This document shows positions 56,775 to 64,000 of a stretch of DNA of 64,000 nt, piece by piece. How positions within the stretch are numbered: the first letter of the stretch is position 1; every line of letters begins with the position of its first letter. This DNA comes from Candidatus Saccharimonadales bacterium (GTDB lineage Bacteria > Patescibacteriota > Saccharimonadia > Saccharimonadales > JACDBH01). The stretch spans positions 87,057 to 151,056 of the forward strand of contig JBGSWE010000004.1 in the NCBI GenBank assembly GCA_041752595.1, read 5' to 3'. Made by a program: the position numbers and the translations under genes. The notes below the pieces were generated by a model. That model was not told the origin of the DNA. It worked only from the letters and a program-made list of their open reading frames with translations, and made no database searches.

Positions 56775-59621
56775 ATGTCTTATAACCCAGAACTAATCGA
56801 ACAAACAAACAGCCAAGTAGAAGTTGATATATTGGTTACTATATCCCCTGCCGAGTTTGAGTTGGACGTTGTAGATATTCTTGAATCAGAAGAACTTTCA
56901 CAAGTTGAAAAAGCAGTCGAAGTATTAACTCTTTTTGGTTTTGTCAGCAAAGAGGATGAACGAGATTATGATGATATTCAGACAAAAGTACGACAGGAGG
57001 TTTTACCCGAATTATTAGGAGCGACAAGCTATAGAACTTTTGGTAGAGAAATTTCTAAAGCCCTTAGAAAAGGTTCTATAGACGTTGAAACTCTAGGAGA
57101 GCCAACAGTATCTCCGAACCTCGCTGATCTTCCTGCGATAGTACGTGATGAAGTGGTTAAAAGGTTTGCGGATGGAAAGTTAGTAAAATTAAAAGGTAAT
57201 AAAGACGAGACTACAACCCTTTCAATTGGCGCTTCTAAACAAGCAGTACGCAGCCTAGAAATGGGCGAGCTCGACACAGCCAGATATGTGAGACGCATAT
57301 TCTCTCAAGAGACAACAGAAGTTGAAACGCTAGATGATGTAAAAAAACTATACGAAGAACACAACACAGAGCGTCGTATTCAGCAGATCAGAATAAAAAC
57401 CGACAAACCTTCTGCGAGTATTCTACCTATTAACGAAATGCGCGTTGGGCACCAAGATGGTTTACCTGGTATAAAATTAGTAGAATCATGGGCTGAAGGG
57501 CTCAAAACAGCACCAGAAGCCGATAAGCCTAGTGCGATATTGGTAGCTAACTTAGTTCAAGGCGATTTTGCTCATTCTCAATCAAAGAAACGGGCATCAC
57601 TTGTCACCGGTCTTGAAACTATGACAAATCAGTTCAAGACAGCAAAAATCATCCTTGATAAACTAAAAGAGACTGGAATACCAGTGATTTTATCACTTGG
57701 TGCAGATGATCATCGGATGGCACACGACTATACGCTCGACGTTGTTGCTGAACTTAGAAAATTTGCAACAGGCGGCGACAATCTAATAACTTATTACAAC
57801 CAAAACAAACTACTTCAATCAGAAACTTTCCAGCATCACAAAAAGTTCCAGATTCAATATATGTTGCCGCTTTGCTATACGCTTGGAAGGAGACTCAGAA
57901 CAGCAGATGAAATGTCTGATGCCACTGACGGTGAAATATCCCGAAGTGAATATTTGATGCTTTATGACCATATCGTAATGAGAGAGCCTTTGCACCCAGG
58001 GGTTGGCGTAGACGAAGAAGCCTTAAAAGGCTTGGGTGAATGGTACAAAGATATTGTAGTCGTTGACGACGCGGATATTGTAATTGAAACAGAAGGTCAA
58101 GAACGACTTTACCGCTATCGACATACTGAGTCTTTTTCGCCTGAAACACTAACTTCAAATCATTCTGACGTTGTTATGAAAATGCTTGGTAATTTGGGTG
58201 CAAATGGATTTGATTTGCCCGACGCCTCAATTACAGGCCGTGGCCAAGAAGCAATATATGTAACTGCAAGTGGAGTACCTGTTGTTACCCTACCCGGTCT
58301 TACCGATCCTACCGAGTCACTTAATTCAAGCCAATACTACAGAATGATTCCTGGTGATCCTTCCCTGCGTGCCAATGCCCTACGTAAAAGGCCTTGGACT
58401 CCTCTAATAGACCAATTTTCAATTGAAGATAATGGTGATGTTGTTCATAGATACATAAACAAAGAGTTTCTTGATAAGGCAGACAGTTTGCCGCGCACAG
58501 CTATTTTTGAGTTATGCGATATTCAAAAGGGCTCACCCACTGCTCGCTCAGATTATTTCGTACAGTACTTATCCTACATTTTAGAGACTGCAGAGAGAAT
58601 GCCGGTTGCTTTGCAGTGGGCGGGTGACATCATTCATGGACATATATACTCTAACTTTTCAGATGAATCACAAGCTGTAGGGCTAATACGAATTTCTTCG
58701 CAAAAACTTGTTATTGAAGAATATATGATGAAAGCATTTGGGCATGCTAATGTGCCACGCGAGCTTCTAGATGCAGTAATTGATGTGTTGGTTCAACAAG
58801 GTAACCACGACGAAATTCAAAGAAAGAATGTACCAAACAACAATGACTCAAATATTGACTATCTAATCAACACATCTAAGAGGATATTTGATCGAGATGG
58901 TGAGCAATCTAGAGTTCGCCATAATGCAATTTTCCACACTCCTGGTGGAACTCCAGTACCTACTTGGATGGGTACAACACATCTTGGTGCTTACACTCTT
59001 AAGACAGCACACTATCACATAGAGCGCGGCATGAAGGGTAATTCAGGCGGACTTCCCCTCTACCATCCTTATCAACGAATTCAGGGGCTTGGAAATGAAG
59101 AACAGGCTGATGTTTACTTAGGCGCTCACTGGCATAACGAACAGGCTGGTGTAATCGGCAAGAAACTTGTAGTGATCGGTGGGGCTTGGGCAGAAAGGTC
59201 TGAATTCGAAGATAGACGTGGTTATGATGCAAAGCTTGCGGGAACAGTTATATTCCTAGGAGGCGGCGAACCGCCAGAAGTTAGATTTGTTCATACACAA
59301 AATCTTGATAATAGACCTGTAAAATATGGATACTTCACTCCGGAAAGTTTAGAAGCAGAAGGCTACCGAGACGACCCAGGCTTTGATCCTACGAAACACG
59401 CGCAGTATTCAAATGACGCCTGGCCAAAAAGTGCTATCCAAAAAGCTCTAAACGACATTGAACGAAGAGCCAGTCAGCTAGTGGAATACGAAGCAGTAAT
59501 GGACAATCCTAATATGTATGATTTGGAAGGAAGACCAACTCAACTTAACGACGCAACCAGGCGCGCTTTCTTGTTTGGCCAAACAGCAGTCAAAGCTAGT
59601 AAACGAACTAAAAAAGGTTAG
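56775..59621 (+). CDS. large unknown protein (948 aa) with C-terminal calcineurin-like metallophosphoesterase motif set
   Basis: GAGG RBS. The C-terminal third carries ordered MPE-type motifs: LCDIQKG (D-x-[H/Q]), AGDIIHGH (GDxxH), QGNHDE (GNHD/E), TAHYH and GAHWH (GHxH-like). The N-terminal roughly 570 aa is unassigned; it contains only a weak GDFAH...GADDH echo. Confidence 0.6.
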   Translation: MSYNPELIEQTNSQVEVDILVTISPAEFELDVVDILESEELSQVEKAVEVLTLFGFVSKEDERDYDDIQTKVRQEVLPELLGATSYRTFGREISKALRKGSIDVETLGEPTVSPNLADLPAIVRDEVVKRFADGKLVKLKGNKDETTTLSIGASKQAVRSLEMGELDTARYVRRIFSQETTEVETLDDVKKLYEEHNTERRIQQIRIKTDKPSASILPINEMRVGHQDGLPGIKLVESWAEGLKTAPEADKPSAILVANLVQGDFAHSQSKKRASLVTGLETMTNQFKTAKIILDKLKETGIPVILSLGADDHRMAHDYTLDVVAELRKFATGGDNLITYYNQNKLLQSETFQHHKKFQIQYMLPLCYTLGRRLRTADEMSDATDGEISRSEYLMLYDHIVMREPLHPGVGVDEEALKGLGEWYKDIVVVDDADIVIETEGQERLYRYRHTESFSPETLTSNHSDVVMKMLGNLGANGFDLPDASITGRGQEAIYVTASGVPVVTLPGLTDPTESLNSSQYYRMIPGDPSLRANALRKRPWTPLIDQFSIEDNGDVVHRYINKEFLDKADSLPRTAIFELCDIQKGSPTARSDYFVQYLSYILETAERMPVALQWAGDIIHGHIYSNFSDESQAVGLIRISSQKLVIEEYMMKAFGHANVPRELLDAVIDVLVQQGNHDEIQRKNVPNNNDSNIDYLINTSKRIFDRDGEQSRVRHNAIFHTPGGTPVPTWMGTTHLGAYTLKTAHYHIERGMKGNSGGLPLYHPYQRIQGLGNEEQADVYLGAHWHNEQAGVIGKKLVVIGGAWAERSEFEDRRGYDAKLAGTVIFLGGGEPPEVRFVHTQNLDNRPVKYGYFTPESLEAEGYRDDPGFDPTKHAQYSNDAWPKSAIQKALNDIERRASQLVEYEAVMDNPNMYDLEGRPTQLNDATRRAFLFGQTAVKASKRTKKG

Positions 59622-59625
59622 TTAT

Positions 59626-60576
59626 ATGAGAATAGGCATACTGTCTGCATCTCCAAAAGGCGAACATTTCGAAAGTAATGCTCGCCTCATTGAGGAAGCT
59701 CATAAGGCTGGTGCCGAAGCAACAATAATAAACTACAAAAGAACTGTTGCTGCGATTACTGGGTATGGTAGACAATTATTGCAAGTCACTAAGGATGGTT
59801 CGCTTGAGCCAGTAGAAGTAGATGTAATAATCCCAAGAATTGGTAATGATGTTGAGCCAGGAGTTCGTGCCATTGATGTACTGACTTCTAACGGTATTCC
59901 CACTACTGCCCCATCAAGTGCAGTAATAATGGCTAAAGACAAATTTGCTTCACTAGTTCAACTAGATAGAGGAGGAATTCCAGTTCCCTTTACTGTTGCA
60001 CCAACTGGAAAAACTCCAAATAATTCATCAAAAATGATCGAACTAATACAACCCGATAGAACAAAGCCAATGATAGTAAAATCACTCCGCGGCTCGAAAG
60101 GTCGTGGAGTGTTTATCTCCGAGTCTCGTCGTTCGGTTAAATCACAAGTAGAAGGTCTGGCAAGTAATGGTGTTGACTATCTTTTGCAAGAATACATAGA
60201 GCCACCCTCAACCGATAAACGCGCTTCCGATGTACGCATTATCGTGATTAATGGAGAAGTTGTAGCTGCAATGGAAAGGACTGCATCAAATGATGATGAG
60301 TTTAGGTCAAACCTAGATTTAGGCGGTGAAGCACATGCATATGATCCTACTCTTCGCGAGAGAGAAATCGCACTGCGCTCTGCAGAAATTATTGGTGCCC
60401 GTGTCGTTGGTTTTGATGGAATGCATTCGTATAGAGGTATGCTTGCAACAGAAGTTAATGTTAATCCAGGATTAGGAATTGAACAAGTTACAGGAGTTAA
60501 TGTCGCGGGTGCGATTATAGAGCATGCAATATTTTTAGCCGAACAAAAACACGCATGGGGAGTTGATGGTGTTTAA
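59626..60576 (+). CDS. RimK-family ATP-grasp ligase (alpha-L-glutamate ligase-like)
   Basis: Track ORF is 59518..60576. The likely start is MRIGILSAS at 59626, 4 nt after the upstream stop. ATP-grasp pattern: MIVKSLRGSKGRGVFI, LLQEYIE, DVRIIVINGEVVAAMER...EFRSNLDLGGEA, EVNVNPG. Confidence 0.8.
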   Translation: MRIGILSASPKGEHFESNARLIEEAHKAGAEATIINYKRTVAAITGYGRQLLQVTKDGSLEPVEVDVIIPRIGNDVEPGVRAIDVLTSNGIPTTAPSSAVIMAKDKFASLVQLDRGGIPVPFTVAPTGKTPNNSSKMIELIQPDRTKPMIVKSLRGSKGRGVFISESRRSVKSQVEGLASNGVDYLLQEYIEPPSTDKRASDVRIIVINGEVVAAMERTASNDDEFRSNLDLGGEAHAYDPTLREREIALRSAEIIGARVVGFDGMHSYRGMLATEVNVNPGLGIEQVTGVNVAGAIIEHAIFLAEQKHAWGVDGV

Positions 60577-61417
60577 CGTTGTTAGTCAAACTGCTGATAG
60601 ACATGTTGTAATTCCGGATTTACACGGCGAGCACGTTATTGCAGAACAAGCAGTTGATAGGTATATAGACCAAGAAGATATAGGTTTTGTATTTTTGGGC
60701 GATGTGTTAGATAAAAAAGGCCTCGAACAAGATCATGATCAAGGAGTTCGCAGAACGCTAGAGTTAATCCGTTCTTTGGGAAACCGCGCGGTCCTTACAA
60801 TCGCTAACCACGAAATCTATGCTCTAGCTGCGATGTTTTCTAAACACAAAGCTGCTAAACAGGCGGCAACTGAACTATGGCTTGGAAACGCAGACTACTT
60901 AAGAATGGAGCGCAATACAGTATCTGCATACGACATTACTGAAAGAAGTGAAGAAACCCCTGAATTGTTCCGTTCAGCACTTGAAGAACATGGCCATCTA
61001 GATGTACTAATTAGTGCTACGCCCTACTTTGAAACCGATACATTTGTTGCACTTCACGCAGGAGTAATGCCACATGTTGATTGGCAAGAACAAAGAGATA
61101 CTTTAATTGATACAGCAAGAGATATGGCACATGGAATATACTTCGATACGCCACCGCAATGGTTTAGTCTGCCTCTTGCAGTAGATATAACACCTATTGA
61201 ATCAACCGATAAAATAGTTGTTACTGGGCATGCCCATTATTTGTCAGATTCAAGGAAAAGCTTCCTACATAAGAATACCAATTCGGAACGTTCTATTAAT
61301 GGTGGTAAAAGAATAAGGCTAGCCAGTATGCTCAATAATCCACAGAACGAAAACCTGTTCGTCTGGCAAGATTGGGACGGAGAAATTATTGAAATACCAA
61401 GAGACCAAGCATCATGA
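60566..61417 (+). CDS. PPP/ApaH-PrpE-like metallophosphoesterase
   Basis: Complete motif set: VIPDLHGEH (DxHG), FLGDVLDKKG (GDxxDxG), IANHEI (GNHE), LHAGV and VTGHAH (GHxH). It overlaps the end of the ATP-grasp gene. The exact start (TTG 60563, ATG 60566 or GTG 60569) is uncertain. Confidence 0.75.
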   Translation: MVFNVVSQTADRHVVIPDLHGEHVIAEQAVDRYIDQEDIGFVFLGDVLDKKGLEQDHDQGVRRTLELIRSLGNRAVLTIANHEIYALAAMFSKHKAAKQAATELWLGNADYLRMERNTVSAYDITERSEETPELFRSALEEHGHLDVLISATPYFETDTFVALHAGVMPHVDWQEQRDTLIDTARDMAHGIYFDTPPQWFSLPLAVDITPIESTDKIVVTGHAHYLSDSRKSFLHKNTNSERSINGGKRIRLASMLNNPQNENLFVWQDWDGEIIEIPRDQAS

Positions 61418-62247
61418 AAGAACGCATAGAGGCTCCTAGGTCTCAGTTTATGCAAACCGGCGAAACACCATCACTTAACTTAGAGTATTGTTTAACGGGC
61501 GAAGCTTATCATGGAGATGTTAAGTACGTAGACGAGGGAATAATCGGCGTCGGTGAAGATACGTTAATGTTCCTGCCTGAACACGGTTTGTTTGGGGTAT
61601 TTGATGGTGCAGGCGTAGCTTCTGACGTAGGAAGAGCTGACATAGCTAGTCAAACAGCTGCTAAAGCGGTTGCAGAATATTTTATCAACAATTTAGATAT
61701 AGAAAAAAGTAAACAATTTATGCAAGAAGCACTAACACATGCCCGCAAGGTAGTATCTGTTACCGAAGGAGCAGGTATTACAACAGGACTGTTTGTTCAC
61801 TTATCTGAATCCACAAACAAGAATCTAAGAGTGCTTTTTGGTTCCGCTGGAGACTGTGCTGCAGCCCTATATCCAGATCCAGTATTTGATGACCGTAGGT
61901 ATGAGGACGCATTATGGTTCGCCGGAGAACAAGATGATACACGCGGTACCCCAACAAACTTTATTGGTACAGAAAATTCTCGAGTAAAACGAGGAACATC
62001 TGATCAGGCTGGAGAGCTTAAATTGATTAGTAGGGATAAAAAACGGTGGTTGATAATTGCTACCGACGGTATTACGGGAAGTATAGGGCTATCTAATGGT
62101 ATTGATGAAGCGGATATAGAGTATGCATTTACCTACAAACACAATATTAAAAGTATCGCAGATTCATTAATTAATCCACCCCTTCAAAGAGACGAGTATC
62201 AACGAAAAGTTGACGACAAGACGCTCATAGTAATCGGTATAAATTAA
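61414..62247 (+). CDS. PP2C/PPM-family phosphatase-like protein
   Basis: LFGVFDGAGVASDVGRADIAS (compare DGMGGH..G..AS), IIATDGITG (compare SDGL) and VDDKTLIVIGI (compare DN-T-vvv). ATGA overlap with the upstream gene. Confidence 0.65.
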   Translation: MKERIEAPRSQFMQTGETPSLNLEYCLTGEAYHGDVKYVDEGIIGVGEDTLMFLPEHGLFGVFDGAGVASDVGRADIASQTAAKAVAEYFINNLDIEKSKQFMQEALTHARKVVSVTEGAGITTGLFVHLSESTNKNLRVLFGSAGDCAAALYPDPVFDDRRYEDALWFAGEQDDTRGTPTNFIGTENSRVKRGTSDQAGELKLISRDKKRWLIIATDGITGSIGLSNGIDEADIEYAFTYKHNIKSIADSLINPPLQRDEYQRKVDDKTLIVIGIN

Positions 62248-62274
62248 AAAGACCTGGATAAACCAGGTCTTTTT
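62246..62274. terminator. bidirectional rho-independent terminator
   Basis: aaaaagacctgg-ataaa-ccaggtcttttt between convergent genes. Confidence 0.65.
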
Positions 62275-62294
62275 AAGTAAATTATTACTGAAAT

Positions 62295-62615
62295 TTACTT
62301 TTCGTCTTCTAGGCGGAAAACAATACCTTCAGAGTTTTCGGCTACTACATTAAAGACAAATGCTTGAATATATCCGATAACCCAACCAAATGCAAAGTAT
62401 ACAATTGGTAGAACAATGATGCTTATGATACCAATTGCAGTACCAAATGCTAGTCCAGCAAGTAGGCTTTCTGTATCTTGGCTAAACTCAACTGTTGATC
62501 GAAGGCTGTGTAGGATTGCTACACCAAGACCGATGATAGACCAAAATACGCCCACAAAGTTAGCCCATGATGATGCTTTAACTCCAACTACTCTTTTATT
62601 AGCTTTTTGTGCCAT
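62295..62615 (-). CDS. small membrane protein (106 aa)
   Basis: Two or three TMs. No secure family. Confidence 0.5.
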   Translation of the reverse strand: MAQKANKRVVGVKASSWANFVGVFWSIIGLGVAILHSLRSTVEFSQDTESLLAGLAFGTAIGIISIIVLPIVYFAFGWVIGYIQAFVFNVVAENSEGIVFRLEDEK

Positions 62616-62647
62616 TTTAATTTAATCTCCTTTATTTATTTATTTAC

Positions 62648-63289
62648 TTACTTAGTTGATGGTTTGTATGAATAATTGTCAGTAATCATCATATCAGGGG
62701 TGCTCTTTTGGACGTTGATAGCAACAATGCTACCACCGAGCCAAGCGATTAACCAGAATAGTTCTTGGTCCACTACCCCAACAACGGTTCTTACGATACC
62801 ATCATTAAGTTGTTCTAGTGTTACAGAACCAACTAGTAGCATCACTCCAGCTAGCACAAATGATACTCCTACAAACGAAGTAACAATTATTACCAAATTG
62901 CTTGAAAGTGATTGCCCGGCAGATATTACAAAACCTAGGATAGCACCTGCAAGTGTCATCATGAATAAGATAAATCCGTTTTCACCAAGACCAATTGCTA
63001 CTGTTAAATATGACATTGCTGACATACCAACTATTACTGATAGTACTACTATGGCAATTTCGAAAAACAAAAATGACAATACAGCCATTAATGCACCCGT
63101 AATTACAGCCATAACGATTGCAATGGTTGTGCTGACAGCACCATTACCAAATACAGCTTGTGTTCCACCGAATCCCACCATAAGACCGCTAACAAAACCT
63201 ATGATTGGAAGTAGCAAACGGAACAGGCCAAGACCTGCAGTCGCTGTAACTATTCCTATTATAATTAAACCTATGGACAACAATATCAT
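62648..63289 (-). CDS. polytopic membrane protein (213 aa, Gly/Ala/Val-rich TMs)
   Basis: About six hydrophobic segments. The overlapping 62676..63305 + ORF is a shadow. Confidence 0.55.
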   Translation of the reverse strand: MILLSIGLIIIGIVTATAGLGLFRLLLPIIGFVSGLMVGFGGTQAVFGNGAVSTTIAIVMAVITGALMAVLSFLFFEIAIVVLSVIVGMSAMSYLTVAIGLGENGFILFMMTLAGAILGFVISAGQSLSSNLVIIVTSFVGVSFVLAGVMLLVGSVTLEQLNDGIVRTVVGVVDQELFWLIAWLGGSIVAINVQKSTPDMMITDNYSYKPSTK

Positions 63290-63569
63290 CTCTGACTCCT
63301 ATTAATATTAAGCTAACAATACTACTTATTGACAGTTCTGTAAACAATAATATTGAAACATTCAAAGATTTGTTGCCTTGAGATATTTTATAAACTTAAT
63401 GCAGGTTAATAATTTAGGGTTAATGGCTACTGTTGCCTTAGGCATACTAACTTTTATTTCATTTATAGATATATTAGTTAATTCCTGTAAAGGCACTTTA
63501 AAAACACAAAGTTATGTGAGTATTAACGATTTACTAAAAGTAATATACTGTTACCATGGATTCAAAATA

Positions 63570-64000
63570 ATGTTAGGCGATATACTTAAGATTGCTTTTC
63601 TTTGTATAACCATAGGCAGTGCATCTATTCCAATTAGTTTTACAATTACTAGCTCCCCATTAATTGTGTGGATTGGTAATACCATTGGTTCATTATTATC
63701 AGCTTTTATCGTTATATTTATTGGCGATAGGATAACAAACAAGAAGTTTATGAATAAATTAAAAAAAAGACGAGGAGGTAAGAAGATTGCCAATGTGTTT
63801 ATTGAAGGTGACGATAACAAGAAAGTCCAAAAAGCCCAATCTTTAATCAATAAACACGGTCTAAAAATTTTTGCTTTATTATGCCCAATATTTCCGGGAG
63901 TACTGATCTCTACATCTGCTGTATATATTTTAGGATTAGACAAGAAAGTCTATAAGAGATGGATGTTTAGCGGTGTTCTAATTGTGAGCGGTGTTTATGT
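63570..64000 (+). CDS. membrane protein, N-terminal part (runs off the right window edge); small multidrug export (pfam06695)-like impression
   Basis: Absent from the track because it has no stop in the window. Manual translation gives MLGDILKIAFLCITIGSASIPISFTITSSPLIVWIGNTIGSLLSAFIVIFIGDRITNKKFMNKLKKRRGGKKIANVFIEGDDNKKVQKAQSLINKHGLKIFALLCPIFPGVLISTSAVYILGL... This is more protein-like than the listed antisense 63551..63943 ORF. Confidence 0.5.
   Translation, partial: MLGDILKIAFLCITIGSASIPISFTITSSPLIVWIGNTIGSLLSAFIVIFIGDRITNKKFMNKLKKRRGGKKIANVFIEGDDNKKVQKAQSLINKHGLKIFALLCPIFPGVLISTSAVYILGLDKKVYKRWMFSGVLIVSGVY

Noticed and set aside
56775-58500. Possible internal duplication: a second, degenerate MPE domain in the N-terminal part of the 948-aa protein (GDFAH...GADDH)
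   Set aside because: Only two weak motif echoes are present, without a motif I or V equivalent. I cannot support a duplicated domain from sequence reading alone.
62676-63305. 209-aa + strand ORF
   Set aside because: It is almost perfectly antisense to the 213-aa polytopic membrane protein. Its product is Thr/Ser/Pro/Ile-rich with no TM logic, whereas the minus-strand product has regular hydrophobic helices.
63551-63943. 130-aa minus-strand ORF from the track
   Set aside because: The + strand frame from 63570 is open to the window end. It encodes a more convincing membrane protein, with TM segments separated by a KKRRGGKK loop.

Overview
Gene-dense, AT-rich bacterial chromosomal window. My spot GC counts in the backbone are 21/60 at 38101-38160, 26/60 at 20641-20700 and 22/60 at 31021-31080. 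The gene content includes a DUF3048 protein, a PEGA protein, a sortase with a long N-terminal extension, small single-copy housekeeping genes, NDH-2, a cytochrome bo3-type quinol oxidase and an F1Fo ATPase. I infer from this a reduced-genome Patescibacteria/CPR organism, probably Saccharibacteria-like; that is an inference, not a database result.

Order of recognisable content: DUF3048 (partial), gltX, PEGA protein, sortase, tRNA-Leu(CAA), OmpR/HK two-component pair, xth, smpB, GH-like/GT2 pair, thermonuclease, TerC, cob(I)alamin adenosyltransferase, glutaredoxin-like protein, the F1Fo ATP synthase operon (25.5-33.5 kb), CPA2 antiporter, aquaporin, UvrD-type helicase-nuclease, queA, NDH-2, FAD-linked oxidase, heme O synthase plus cyoABCD, ABC-2 exporter, PlsC.

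Features that ordinary annotation does not explain:
1. A translationally coupled four-gene operon (56.8-62.2 kb). It encodes a 948-aa protein with a C-terminal metallophosphoesterase motif set, a RimK-type ATP-grasp ligase, a PPP-type metallophosphatase and a PP2C-type phosphatase. It is divergent from a wHTH-Nudix protein with a degenerate Nudix box. The shared intergenic region carries TGACTC repeats at exact 15-bp spacing.
2. Three unknown ORFs (86, 197 and 67 aa) sit inside the ATP synthase operon, joined to atpA/atpG/atpD/atpC by stop-start overlaps or abutment. There is also a His-rich 48-codon ORF in the atpE-atpF gap and a shortened delta subunit.
3. Three GC-rich islands (about 5.8-7.2, 12.9-18.6 and 35.9-36.85 kb; spot counts 33-37/60) have strong AGGAG-type RBSs and no integrase. 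The largest carries a TelA / XpaC-like / lipoprotein operon with an actinobacterial flavour.
4. CyoD is fused to a ligand-less cupredoxin-like domain.

I found no CRISPR array, rRNA, transposase or integrase.
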